A stretch of DNA of 29,527 nt from an uncultured Clostridium sp. (GCA_947087745.1 CAMUDX010000022.1:1-29527), one strand, 5' to 3'. Counted from the first letter of the stretch, positions 1-9,038 are shown. Notes: a model not told the origin generated them from the letters alone. Translations and numbers: made by a program.

Positions 1-81
1 AAAATAAAAAAAGATGATATATATTTAAAAAAGGAGTATAAAAATATAATAAAAAAAATAATATAAAAAGGAGAATTAAAA

Positions 82-810
82 ATGAATATAGAAAGAGAAT
101 TAAATAACGAAAAAAATTTAGAAATAAATAATGAAATTGAAAAAGAACAAAAAAGTTTTTTGGATACGACCTTTGGAAAAATAATAAATAATGCAACAGA
201 TGTTGGAATAAGATATTTGTTACCAGACATTATTGAAGATGAAGTTATAGAAATAAAAGATTCATTATTAAAAAGTGGATTTAAAGCAGCTATCAGCACA
301 GCAGTAAATAAAGCAATTGATTTTGGAAAAAGTGCAATAGGAATAATAACAGGTAATTTTGAAAATGCCACTCAAATACAAAAGGCTGTTGAAAGTGGAG
401 GAATAATAGATTCGGTATCAGATGCATTAGACACAGTTATAAATAAAGCGAAAGAAAAAGAATTATTAGATAAAAGTATAGCAAATGTTATCAAAACTGG
501 AAAGAATACAATATTAGATAATGTATCTAAAAATATTAAAGATACTTTAAATGAGCAAGTAAAAGGAGTAGAAGCTTTAGATAAATATGCAGATAGTTGG
601 AGACAATTCTATAATAATCAAAATTTTAAAGGAATGGAAAAGGAATATAAAAAAATGCAAGAAAAATTAAAAATATTAGTTCCTTTAGAAAATACTATTA
701 AACTGTCAAGGCAAATTGAAACAATACATAATTTGATAAAGAATAATGGGCAAAATTTTAATTTAAGCCAAGAAGAAATGAAATTAGTAGATAATTTTAA
801 TAATTTTTGA
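82..810 (+). CDS. hypothetical protein, 242 aa, K/E/N-rich and probably helical
   Basis: Long ORF in stop-rich AT-rich DNA. AAAGGAGAA Shine-Dalgarno lies about 8 nt before the ATG at 82. No family motif recognised. Confidence 0.6.
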   Translation: MNIERELNNEKNLEINNEIEKEQKSFLDTTFGKIINNATDVGIRYLLPDIIEDEVIEIKDSLLKSGFKAAISTAVNKAIDFGKSAIGIITGNFENATQIQKAVESGGIIDSVSDALDTVINKAKEKELLDKSIANVIKTGKNTILDNVSKNIKDTLNEQVKGVEALDKYADSWRQFYNNQNFKGMEKEYKKMQEKLKILVPLENTIKLSRQIETIHNLIKNNGQNFNLSQEEMKLVDNFNNF

Positions 811-863
811 CAAAAAATACAAAATACTGCAGGAACTTAAAAGTCAATATATTTAGAAACCTA

Positions 864-898
864 GAAGTCACTATCTAGTAGTAACTTCATATGTTTTT
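864..898 (+). terminator. possible intrinsic terminator after the 242-aa ORF
   Basis: Imperfect hairpin GAAGTCACTA / TAGTAACTTC (9 of 10 bp), followed by ATATGTTTTT. Confidence 0.35.
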
Positions 899-960
899 GA
901 GAACATAATTTCTTAAAAAGAATATTAGTAAAAATAAAGAAAAAATTTAGTCAAAAAACC

Positions 961-989
961 TTGCAAAACCTGTATCCGTATAATATAAT
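961..989 (+). promoter_or_regulatory. sigma-A type promoter for gyrA
   Basis: TTGCAA (961-966), 17-bp spacer, TATAAT (984-989), about 35 nt upstream of the gyrA start. Confidence 0.55.
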
Positions 990-1024
990 ACACATATAAA
1001 AGAAAGAAGAAAGAGGGATAAACA

Positions 1025-3475
1025 ATGGATGAAGAAAAACAAGAGGGAATTATAATACAAAGAGATATTGATGAAGAAATGAAGACCTCATATATTGACT
1101 ATGCTATGAGTGTTATAGTACAACGTGCTTTACCAGATGTAAGAGATGGCCTAAAGCCAGTACATAGAAGAATATTATATGCTATGCACGAAGATGGAAT
1201 AACATCAGACAAGCCATATAGGAAATGTGCTAATACAGTAGGTTCTGTGTTAGGAAGATACCATCCTCATGGAGATAGTTCTGTATATGATGCAATGGTA
1301 AGAATGGCACAAGACTTTTCAATGAGATACATGTTAATTGATGGTCATGGAAATTTCGGATCAATAGATGGTGATGGGGCAGCAGCAATGAGGTATACAG
1401 AAGCAAGAATGTCAAAAATATCAGAATTTATGTTGACAGACATAGAAAAAAATACAGTAGATTTCATGCCAAACTATGATGATAGATTACAAGAACCAAC
1501 AGTATTACCAGCACAAATTCCAGCATTGCTAGTAAATGGGTCATCTGGTATAGCCGTAGGAATGGCAACAAATATACCACCACATAATTTAACAGAAGTT
1601 ATAAATGGTATAATAAAAATAATAGATGAAGATCAAGTAACAGATGAAGACTTAATGGCTGTTATAAAAGGACCAGATTTTCCTACGGAAGGAATAATTT
1701 TAGGAATTGAAGGTATAAAAGAAGCATATAAAACAGGAAGAGGAAAAATTACTGTTAGAGCAGAAGCAGAAATAGAAGAAATGCAAGGAAATAGGCAAAG
1801 AATAGTAGTTTCATCATTACCATATCAAGTTAATAAAGCAAAATTAATAGAAAATATTGCTCATTTAGCTAGGGAAAAACGCATTGAGGGAATTTCAGAA
1901 ATGCGTGATGAATCAGATAGAAATGATAGAGTAAGAATTGTAATTGAGTTAAAAAGAGATTCTAATCCACAAGTTGTATTAAATCAATTATATAAAAATA
2001 CACAAATGCAAGATACATTTGGAATAATAATGCTAGCATTAGTTAATGGAGAGCCTCAAATATTAACTCTAAGACAATGTTTAGATTGTTATATAGACCA
2101 TAGAAAAGATGTAATACTAAGAAGAACACAATTTGAATTAGATAAAGCATTAGCAAGAGCCCATATATTAGAGGGGTTAAAAATTGCATTAGACAATATA
2201 GATGAAGTAATTAATATAATACGTAATTCATATGATGATGCGAAAGAGAAATTAATGGAAAGATTTGGACTTTCTGAAATACAAGCACAAGCTATATTAG
2301 ATATGAGGCTAAAAACATTATCAGGATTACAAAGAGAGAAAATAGAAGAAGAATATAAACAGTTAATGGAATTAATAGCACATTTAAGAGAGATTCTAAA
2401 TAGTGAAAAATTAGTATTTGAAATCATAAAAGAAGAACTTATTGCAATAAGAGATAAATTTGGAGATGAAAGAAAGACAAAAATCGTTGCAGCTGAAGGA
2501 GAAATTGATGTTGAAGATTTAATAAAAGAAGAACAAACAGTAATTGCATTAACACACTTCGGATACATAAAAAGAATGCCAGTAGATACATATAGAAGTC
2601 AAAAACGCGGAGGAAAAGGAATAACAGGAATTGAAACAAGAGAAGAAGACTTTGTAAAACAAATATTTACAGCATCAACACATGATACTATATTATTCTT
2701 TACAAATAAAGGAAAACTATATAGATTAAGAGGATATGAAGTACCTGAAGCAGGAAGAACTGCAAAAGGAACGGCAATTGTAAATCTATTAAGTTTAGAT
2801 TCAGGAGAAAAAGTATCTGCTATAATACCAATACAAAACTTTGCAGAAGGTAAGTACTTATTAATGGCAACAAAAAATGGATTAATAAAGAAAACAGCAT
2901 TGGGAGAATATAATTCATCTCGTAAAACAGGATTACAAGGAATAACATTAAAAGAAGATGACGAATTAATATCTGTTAGACTTACGGATGGTGAGGATAA
3001 TGTTGTTTTAGTTACAAGAAATGGTATGTGTATAACATTTGATGAAAAAGATGTACGACCAATAGGTAGAGTGTCACAAGGTGTTATAGGAATAAGATTA
3101 GATGAAGATGATGAAGTAATTGGAATGGAATCTATAATTGCAGGAAGTAAGTCAACTCTTCTTACAATAACTGAAAACGGATTTGGAAAAAGAACAGAAT
3201 TAGATGAATATAGAGTTCAAATAAGAGGAGGAAAAGGAGTTATTACATATAAAATAACACCAAAAACAGGAAAATTAGTTGGAGCAAAAGTAGCAAGCGA
3301 AGATGAAGATGTAATGCTAATAACAGATAGCGGAACAATTATAAGATTAAATGTTAATGACATAAGTGTTTTAGGAAGATCAACACAAGGTGTAACTCTT
3401 ATGAGAACATCAGATGGTGGAAAAGTTGTAAGCATTGAAACTATTTTACCTGAAGAAGTAAAATCAGAAGAATAG
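1025..3475 (+). CDS. gyrA: DNA gyrase subunit A
   Basis: 816 aa. N-terminal hallmark [29 protein letters not shown], the active-site region [10 protein letters not shown], and a C-terminal beta-pinwheel repeat region. SD AAGAGGGA upstream. Confidence 0.97.
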   Translation: MDEEKQEGIIIQRDIDEEMKTSYIDYAMSVIVQRALPDVRDGLKPVHRRILYAMHEDGITSDKPYRKCANTVGSVLGRYHPHGDSSVYDAMVRMAQDFSMRYMLIDGHGNFGSIDGDGAAAMRYTEARMSKISEFMLTDIEKNTVDFMPNYDDRLQEPTVLPAQIPALLVNGSSGIAVGMATNIPPHNLTEVINGIIKIIDEDQVTDEDLMAVIKGPDFPTEGIILGIEGIKEAYKTGRGKITVRAEAEIEEMQGNRQRIVVSSLPYQVNKAKLIENIAHLAREKRIEGISEMRDESDRNDRVRIVIELKRDSNPQVVLNQLYKNTQMQDTFGIIMLALVNGEPQILTLRQCLDCYIDHRKDVILRRTQFELDKALARAHILEGLKIALDNIDEVINIIRNSYDDAKEKLMERFGLSEIQAQAILDMRLKTLSGLQREKIEEEYKQLMELIAHLREILNSEKLVFEIIKEELIAIRDKFGDERKTKIVAAEGEIDVEDLIKEEQTVIALTHFGYIKRMPVDTYRSQKRGGKGITGIETREEDFVKQIFTASTHDTILFFTNKGKLYRLRGYEVPEAGRTAKGTAIVNLLSLDSGEKVSAIIPIQNFAEGKYLLMATKNGLIKKTALGEYNSSRKTGLQGITLKEDDELISVRLTDGEDNVVLVTRNGMCITFDEKDVRPIGRVSQGVIGIRLDEDDEVIGMESIIAGSKSTLLTITENGFGKRTELDEYRVQIRGGKGVITYKITPKTGKLVGAKVASEDEDVMLITDSGTIIRLNVNDISVLGRSTQGVTLMRTSDGGKVVSIETILPEEVKSEE

Positions 3476-3487
3476 GATTCATAAAAT

Positions 3488-3520
3488 AAAAAGAAGAAAT
3501 TGGATTTCTTCTTTTTATTT
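3488..3520. terminator. bidirectional intrinsic terminator between gyrA and the convergent loader gene
   Basis: Hairpin AAGAAGAAAT-TGG-ATTTCTTCTT, flanked by an A-run and a T-run. Confidence 0.75.
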
Positions 3521-3550
3521 TACATATAAATAATTAATGTATAAAGAATT

Positions 3551-4552
3551 TTATTTAAATCTTATATCTTCTCCAAAGAAGTAATAAATATCATAGTATC
3601 CACCAATTCTAGAACATATGCGTTCTTCATATTTTCTTAGAATATCATTCATACTTAGATTTGTAGAAATAATTGTTTTAGTACATTTTGAATTTAAATT
3701 TAATAAACGAGCATTTAAAATAGTAAATAATTCACTTAGTTTCATAGTATTAATAAATTCAGTGCCTAAATCATCAATTATTAACAAATCAACATCTAAA
3801 ATACTCTTGTAAAATAAGTCTTGCTCAGAATTATTATATTTATTAAATTTATTATCAATAAGGGTTTCTAATAAAACAGGTGCTGTTTGATAAAGAACAC
3901 TATATCCCTTATTTAATATTTCTTTAGCAATACAATTAGTCATAAATGTTTTACCTAAACCAGTATTACCAGTGAATAATAAATTTTTATAGTCAGGATT
4001 ATTAAAGTTATCTACAAATTCTATACATTTATTCTTTATATTTAAAATGTTTGTTCTAGGTGATATATTTTGTTTATATTTAGCTAGATTTACTTCATTC
4101 GAAAACTTATTTTCATTAAAAGTAGAAAAGTTTTCTTTTTCTAGATTTGACATATTAGATTTATTATATGATATATTTAATAATTTTTGCTTTAAACAGT
4201 TACACATCTGAGTTCTATTATTTTCAAGAGTTATATATCCAGTATCATGACATACATTACATTCATATAATGGTCTTAAATATGATTCAGGTATATTATT
4301 ATCTAATAAAACTTGTTTCTTTCTGTTTTTTAGTTCTTGAATTTTTAAATTTATGTTGTTTAAGTTGTTAGAAGAATTAAGCAAAATATCTTTTGCAGAT
4401 TGTATAGAATAGCTGGTTAATTCTTCTTCAATTCGTTGTAATTCTGGTAAAGATTTATATAAATTATTTTTTCGTTTTTCTAAACCTAATTCTGATTTCA
4501 TTTTTTTTCGTTCGTATTCTTGTAACAAAGAATCTAAAACTTCATTAGCCAT
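3551..4552 (-). CDS. DnaI/DnaC-type replicative helicase loader (AAA+ ATPase with N-terminal zinc ribbon)
   Basis: Walker A GNTGLGKTF, Walker B LLIIDDLG and Cys cluster CNVCHDTGY...MCNC. The likely true start is the ATG at 4552 (MANEVLDS...), preceded by TGGAGGT; this is 27 nt inside the listed ORF. It overlaps the upstream gene's stop by 8 nt. Confidence 0.8.
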   Translation of the reverse strand: MANEVLDSLLQEYERKKMKSELGLEKRKNNLYKSLPELQRIEEELTSYSIQSAKDILLNSSNNLNNINLKIQELKNRKKQVLLDNNIPESYLRPLYECNVCHDTGYITLENNRTQMCNCLKQKLLNISYNKSNMSNLEKENFSTFNENKFSNEVNLAKYKQNISPRTNILNIKNKCIEFVDNFNNPDYKNLLFTGNTGLGKTFMTNCIAKEILNKGYSVLYQTAPVLLETLIDNKFNKYNNSEQDLFYKSILDVDLLIIDDLGTEFINTMKLSELFTILNARLLNLNSKCTKTIISTNLSMNDILRKYEERICSRIGGYYDIYYFFGEDIRFK

Positions 4553-5528
4553 TAGTACCTCCATTTTGTAAATTAGCATATAAGAAACTTAAATCATCAT
4601 AATGTCTTTGTTCAAAAGAAGCTTGCGATACCTGCTGATGTAATTTTTTCTCTTCCTGTTTTTGCTTTTTGCGTTGTTCTAAGAACGACTCAATTTCTTG
4701 AGGATTTTTTAAGTTTCTATCATGCCAGTCGCTAATAACATTATTCAAGTACTCAAATGTTGGAGCAGATTTTAAAGTTGTTCTTCTTAATGCTATTTCT
4801 ATACAACTCATATCATAGTTATATTCAAATAGCCACTTTTCAATATATGCTTCTTCATATTGAGTAAGAGAAGTATGTCTTCCTAATTTTTTTGCAATAT
4901 CTTTTTTTATTTTAACAAGTTTATCTTGTTTTTGATAATATATATCTAAATCATTCCAAGTCTGGATTTTGCTATTTCCCCAAGCTTCAGCCACTGCTTG
5001 TACATAATTTTTATGTAATGCTGAACGGTTAAAACAATAGTCAAATAATGCTATCATTACTTGGTCTTCAAAATTATATTTTTTAAACCATAAATCGATA
5101 TCACTATACCAAATAGGACTCATTATACCTTGGAAATATTTATTATTTATGCATTCTATAACTTTTGCCCTTGATTTATTTTTAGAAATTTCTTCAACTC
5201 TATTTGAATCAGTTTTTAAATTAGGGGAGTATAATCTATGCAATGTTAGTTCTTGTAAATCTGTTATTATATATCCATGTTCTTTTTTTGTAATTAAATT
5301 GTTTTCTTCTAAAAATGTTGTAGCTTCATTGATTGTTTTTAATGGTAATGACAATTTTTTTGATAAATCATTTAATTTAATATCTTTTTTATACTTAGCT
5401 AAAAATACTAGATATAGATATACTTTTGAATAATCACCTGGTAATTGTGATAAAAAATCTACAAAAAAAACATCTGGCAAAGCTGTTTGAGAAAAGAGAA
5501 ATGATTTCTCAGTGTTTTCTAATTTCAT
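4545..5528 (-). CDS. DnaD/DnaB-like replication initiation and helicase-loading protein (two DnaD C-terminal-type repeats)
   Basis: 327 aa. Two repeats of the W...Y...A...W pattern (IDLWFKKYNFEDQVMIALFDYC...AVAEAW and YIEKWLFEYNYDMSCIEIAL...YLNNVISDWHDRNL). It is translationally coupled to the loader ATPase, as in the B. subtilis dnaB-dnaI pair. SD TAGGGGGAA upstream. Confidence 0.75.
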   Translation of the reverse strand: MKLENTEKSFLFSQTALPDVFFVDFLSQLPGDYSKVYLYLVFLAKYKKDIKLNDLSKKLSLPLKTINEATTFLEENNLITKKEHGYIITDLQELTLHRLYSPNLKTDSNRVEEISKNKSRAKVIECINNKYFQGIMSPIWYSDIDLWFKKYNFEDQVMIALFDYCFNRSALHKNYVQAVAEAWGNSKIQTWNDLDIYYQKQDKLVKIKKDIAKKLGRHTSLTQYEEAYIEKWLFEYNYDMSCIEIALRRTTLKSAPTFEYLNNVISDWHDRNLKNPQEIESFLEQRKKQKQEEKKLHQQVSQASFEQRHYDDLSFLYANLQNGGTNG

Positions 5529-5554
5529 ATTTATTCCCCCTACTATTTTGTCAA

Positions 5555-5583
5555 ATTATATCATTTTTAGGGAATTAAAACAA
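5555..5583 (-). promoter_or_regulatory. strong sigma-A promoter with extended -10 for the loader operon
   Basis: The bottom strand reads TTGTTT, a 17-bp spacer ending in TGA, then TATAAT. It sits in the 59-bp gap after the PrgI-like gene. Confidence 0.6.
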
Positions 5584-5587
5584 GAGA

Positions 5588-5887
5588 TTATAAAATTTTT
5601 CTAGGGACTTTCTTAAACACATATATTTTAGGTCTTGTAATATATCTAAACATATATTTTATTATATGTAATATGTTTTCTCCATTAAATCCAACTATAC
5701 TAAATATGAGAAGTGGAAAACATAACAGTATAAATAAAAATATTTTTATATTCAAATTTATTGATAATAAAGTTAAAATCAATAAAACAATAGAGTACCA
5801 TATAATATTTAAGATTGCAGTAGAATAATCGATAGTTCCTAGTAATTTAGTTTTAAAATTATAGTTTTGTGGAAATATAAATTTCAA
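5588..5887 (-). CDS. PrgI/TcpE-family (VirB3-like) small membrane protein
   Basis: 99 aa. N-terminal FP..Y.FKTKLLG segment, two adjacent TM helices and a basic tail GENILHIIKYMFRYITRPKIYVFKK, as in Gram-positive T4SS PrgI-family proteins. TTG start 7 nt after AGGAGGTGAT, which lies within the end of the upstream gene. Confidence 0.55.
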   Translation of the reverse strand: MKFIFPQNYNFKTKLLGTIDYSTAILNIIWYSIVLLILTLLSINLNIKIFLFILLCFPLLIFSIVGFNGENILHIIKYMFRYITRPKIYVFKKVPRKIL

Positions 5888-5891
5888 TATA

Positions 5892-6758
5892 TCACCTCCT
5901 AATTCCCACAGATTGTGAAATAGTTGTGGATATTCCTCCTATAAATTCACGAACAAAGGAGTTAGCTTTTATTAATGCATAAATTGCACCTATATATAGG
6001 AATTTTACCAATAGATTACCTGATGAGTAATCCATTGAAAATATTATTAATAAAACTAATGATACTATTATTTGTATAAAAAGTAATGAAAATAGATTTT
6101 TAATCCAGGACTTGAAAAACCAAGATGTAGAAGACAGTGATAATGATAATATTGCAAAGGGTGTAATTAATATAAAAATTTTTATCATAATAAATCTAAA
6201 AGAGTAAGAAAATATTAGGGATAGTAGAGATATAGAAAGAGTGGACTTTATTATTCCATCTAATGAGAATATATTTAATGTGCTAGAATCGATAGAAATA
6301 GTAGAGTTTATTTCATTTATTAAAGTAGAAAAACAAATTTGGGTATTAAATAAAGCTTCTCCTAAACTTCTTATTGATAATGTTATAGTAGAAAATAAGG
6401 ATAAGAATTGTTCAATTATAAAATATGAAAAGTTCATACATGTTCCACATATAACTAATTTAAATATAAATTGATAAGGTGACTCTAGCTGTAAGAAAGT
6501 AAGGTGTGCCATTAAATATTTTATAGAGTAATATAGTAAGAATCCTAATAAAAGTGAGTTGGAAATTAATAGTATTCCATCAGATACAGAAGGTCCAAAT
6601 ATTTTTTCAAAGTATTTATCTGTTAAAATATCTTCACTTATAAAAGTTATATCATCTAAAATATCATATAGGTTATTATCTATTGATGCAAATAGATTTT
6701 GAAGTATAGTGTTTATTGTATTTATAATGGTATCAGTTATATTAATTGAATCTTCCAA
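5892..6758 (-). CDS. VirB6/TrbL-like polytopic membrane protein
   Basis: 288 aa. Soluble acidic N-terminus followed by about 6 hydrophobic helices. Assigned from its position between the pilin-like and PrgI-like genes. TTG start just after GGAGGG. Confidence 0.5.
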   Translation of the reverse strand: MEDSINITDTIINTINTILQNLFASIDNNLYDILDDITFISEDILTDKYFEKIFGPSVSDGILLISNSLLLGFLLYYSIKYLMAHLTFLQLESPYQFIFKLVICGTCMNFSYFIIEQFLSLFSTITLSIRSLGEALFNTQICFSTLINEINSTISIDSSTLNIFSLDGIIKSTLSISLLSLIFSYSFRFIMIKIFILITPFAILSLSLSSTSWFFKSWIKNLFSLLFIQIIVSLVLLIIFSMDYSSGNLLVKFLYIGAIYALIKANSFVREFIGGISTTISQSVGIRR

Positions 6759-6766
6759 AAGCCCTC

Positions 6767-7096
6767 CTATGATATTAATGATTTTATTGTTGATAGAATT
6801 AAATCAGTAGCTAAAATAAAACCATAAGAAAATAAGGATCCTCTTATAATCTTTTTTCCTGTTTTAATTTTTTCTTCATCTCCAAAACTAAATTTTTTAA
6901 TAAATATACCTGAGCCGACAGCTACTGCTGCCGCAGGAGTAGCTAAATTTATAAGCCAACTAGAAATGTTTTCAAAGGCATTATTTATTTTTAATACTAA
7001 TTTGGGTGTAGCTGCTTGAACAGAAGAGCTTAGAAAAAATATAAGCAAAATAGAAATTATTACCATTTGTATAAAAAAATATTTCTTATTTTTCAT
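6767..7096 (-). CDS. VirB2/TrbC-like prepilin-type protein
   Basis: 109 aa. Signal peptide ending SSSVQA/AT, then a mature ~80-aa part with two hydrophobic helices separated by a charged loop (KKFSFGDEEKIKTGKK). ATG overlaps the upstream gene's end by 11 nt; SD AAAGGAGAA. Confidence 0.45.
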   Translation of the reverse strand: MKNKKYFFIQMVIISILLIFFLSSSVQAATPKLVLKINNAFENISSWLINLATPAAAVAVGSGIFIKKFSFGDEEKIKTGKKIIRGSLFSYGFILATDLILSTIKSLIS

Positions 7097-8801
7097 TATT
7101 TTCTCCTTTCGTTTTTATAAAGTATGGAAACATTTTTATTGTACAGGGCTTTAATATTTTTGTTCCATTTGATAAAAATGCAAGGCAATGAAATGTTTCT
7201 AAATTTTGAGAAAAATAGTTAGTATCATATATAAAATCATTTTGTGTATATGTGTTATAACTTTCTGATACATTAGAGTCTTGAGAATTGAATGTATTTG
7301 TTATATAACTAAATTTTGTGGTTTTTGCACTTTCAGAAATACTTTGTGAAATCTTTTCTTTTTCTTCTTTCCCTAGTTGTTTTTGTGCTTCTTCGATAGT
7401 AAAAATGTCATCTGTTCTAAACCAAATTTTGTTTATTAGATTTTGAATGATTACTTTTGTAGAGGTATCATCATGTAATGTATTTTTTAGAGATGAATAG
7501 CTTTGAGTACTTACAATGTTGATACATTTTGCTTCCCTACTTAAAGAAAAAAATTGACTATCTGATTTTGTAGCATATTCTGCATATTCATCACATATAA
7601 AAGCTGTTTTCTTTCGTATATTTTTTGATAAACTTGAAAGAATTTCTGTTTGAAAATCTAGTTTTAGATATGCAGCTATTATTTTAGACAAATTTTTATA
7701 TTCTGATATATTCATATTTAATATTACAATTTTGCCATTTTTAATAGTATCTTCGAAACCTGTAAATGTTAGGTCCTCTTCTTGCGGGCAGAAGGCTTTG
7801 GAGATATCATAATCTGAAATAAATACATTTGTTATTCTACTAATTTCTGATTTTAGAATAGATAAAGTTCTTTGGTCTAATGAGAATAATTCTCTTTGAA
7901 AGAATTCTAAAGATGAATTCAAATTATATACATCTTGAACAGAAAATTTGGACTGAATAAATAAGTTCCTTAATTTTTCTATTTGCTCTTTATAGTAGTT
8001 TGGTAATGTTACTAATTTGTGAATTTCAGTAAAATTTACATATCCATTATTATATAATCTACATAGTTTTATACATTCTGTTAATATTTGTTCTGCTTTA
8101 TCTAACCAATAGGATTCTTGATTATTTTCTGAAAATAATTCTAATATAGTTCTAAGCCTATTTGCTAAGACTTGAGGCCTTAAATGAGGTTTGTGTAAAG
8201 GGTTATAACATACATTAGAATGTAATTCTATTATTATTAAATCATCTGTTAAATTAAAGTTTTTTGCATATTTTTTAACTTGTTCATAGTAATTTCCTTT
8301 TACATCTAGTATAAGCATTCCTATTTTGTCATTTGGATTATTAGAGTTATATTCTAATAATTGTTCTGTAAATGGGTACATGGCAGAACTTGTTTTACCT
8401 GAGCCTATTGTTCCTGTGATTAAAAAATTTTGATATAAACCTGATTCAGGGATATAAATTTTTGATTTAGATTTAATTTCGTCTCCAATTAATAAATTTA
8501 ATTTAGTTTGAGGGGTATTATTAATGATTTTTTTATAAGAATTTTTGTTGAATTTTTTAAATATACTATTATAAATAAAATTTGATATTATTGTGTTAGA
8601 AAATATAAAAGTAATTATAAAAGTTTTTTTAATTATATTCCATAATGTTGGATTTGTATCACATATATTAAATGGATGGATACCATAGGTTATAATAATT
8701 TGTTTTGCTTTAAAAATAGGTAAAAATGTAATAATCCCTAATAAAAAACATATTATTAGAAATACTAATATAAAAGTGAGTCTTTTTAGATGACTTTTTA
8801 T
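7086..8801 (-). CDS. type IV coupling protein (VirD4/TraG/TraD family ATPase), extended N-terminus, probable ATA start
   Basis: The listed ORF (7086-8381) starts at an internal Met. The same frame stays open up to 8846 and encodes two TM helices (LTFILVFLIICFLLGIITFLPIF and FIITFIFSNTIISNFIY) plus Walker A LITGTIGSGKTSSAM. Downstream are Walker B AFICDEYAEY and the REAKCINIVSTQSYSSL motif. There is no ATG/GTG/TTG in frame between 8382 and 8846. AAGGAGG sits 8 nt before the ATA at 8801-8799. Confidence 0.75.
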   Translation of the reverse strand: MKSHLKRLTFILVFLIICFLLGIITFLPIFKAKQIIITYGIHPFNICDTNPTLWNIIKKTFIITFIFSNTIISNFIYNSIFKKFNKNSYKKIINNTPQTKLNLLIGDEIKSKSKIYIPESGLYQNFLITGTIGSGKTSSAMYPFTEQLLEYNSNNPNDKIGMLILDVKGNYYEQVKKYAKNFNLTDDLIIIELHSNVCYNPLHKPHLRPQVLANRLRTILELFSENNQESYWLDKAEQILTECIKLCRLYNNGYVNFTEIHKLVTLPNYYKEQIEKLRNLFIQSKFSVQDVYNLNSSLEFFQRELFSLDQRTLSILKSEISRITNVFISDYDISKAFCPQEEDLTFTGFEDTIKNGKIVILNMNISEYKNLSKIIAAYLKLDFQTEILSSLSKNIRKKTAFICDEYAEYATKSDSQFFSLSREAKCINIVSTQSYSSLKNTLHDDTSTKVIIQNLINKIWFRTDDIFTIEEAQKQLGKEEKEKISQSISESAKTTKFSYITNTFNSQDSNVSESYNTYTQNDFIYDTNYFSQNLETFHCLAFLSNGTKILKPCTIKMFPYFIKTKGENNEK

Positions 8802-8947
8802 TGAGTAAACCTCCTTATCTTTAATTTTAATTTTGAACCTTGTTGGTTATGGAAAATTTTTATTTCAAAAAATGTATAAATTGAATATAAAGTTATTAGA
8901 ATATTAATAAAATAGACTATAAAAAATATATCGACTAATTTAAAAAT
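8798..8947 (-). CDS. small single-pass membrane protein (49 codons), probable ATT start
   Basis: Not in the ORF track. AAGGTGGTGA (one mismatch to AAGGAGGTGA) lies 7 nt before the ATT at 8947-8945. Translation: (M)FKLVDIFFIVYFINILITLYSIYTFFEIKIFHNQQGSKLKLKIRRFTQ. Its TAA overlaps the ATA of the coupling-protein gene, forming ATAA. Confidence 0.35.
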   Translation of the reverse strand: MFKLVDIFFIVYFINILITLYSIYTFFEIKIFHNQQGSKLKLKIRRFTQ

Positions 8948-8970
8948 GTTTTCACCACCTTGCTTTTTGG

Positions 8971-8999
8971 ATAATATAACAATTTTTTTTATTTGTCTA
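8971..8999 (-). promoter_or_regulatory. candidate sigma-A promoter for the T4SS-like operon
   Basis: The bottom strand reads TAGACA (8999-8994), a 17-bp spacer, then TATTAT (8976-8971), about 10-20 nt upstream of the SD at 8951-8960. Confidence 0.45.
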
Positions 9000-9038
9000 T
9001 ACTTTTTATAAAAAATATGATAAAATATGTTAAAACTC

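Noticed and set aside
2959-2965. TGACGAA, a match to the relaxed Spo0A consensus TGNCGAA
   Set aside because: It lies inside the gyrA coding sequence (codons for DDELI) and is isolated with no tandem partner, so it is most likely fortuitous.
9013-9033. Tandem AATATGATAA/AATATGTTAA in the divergent intergenic region, considered as iterons or DnaA boxes
   Set aside because: There are only two imperfect A/T-rich copies, and the match to the DnaA box TTATCCACA is poor. This level of repetition is expected in such AT-rich DNA.
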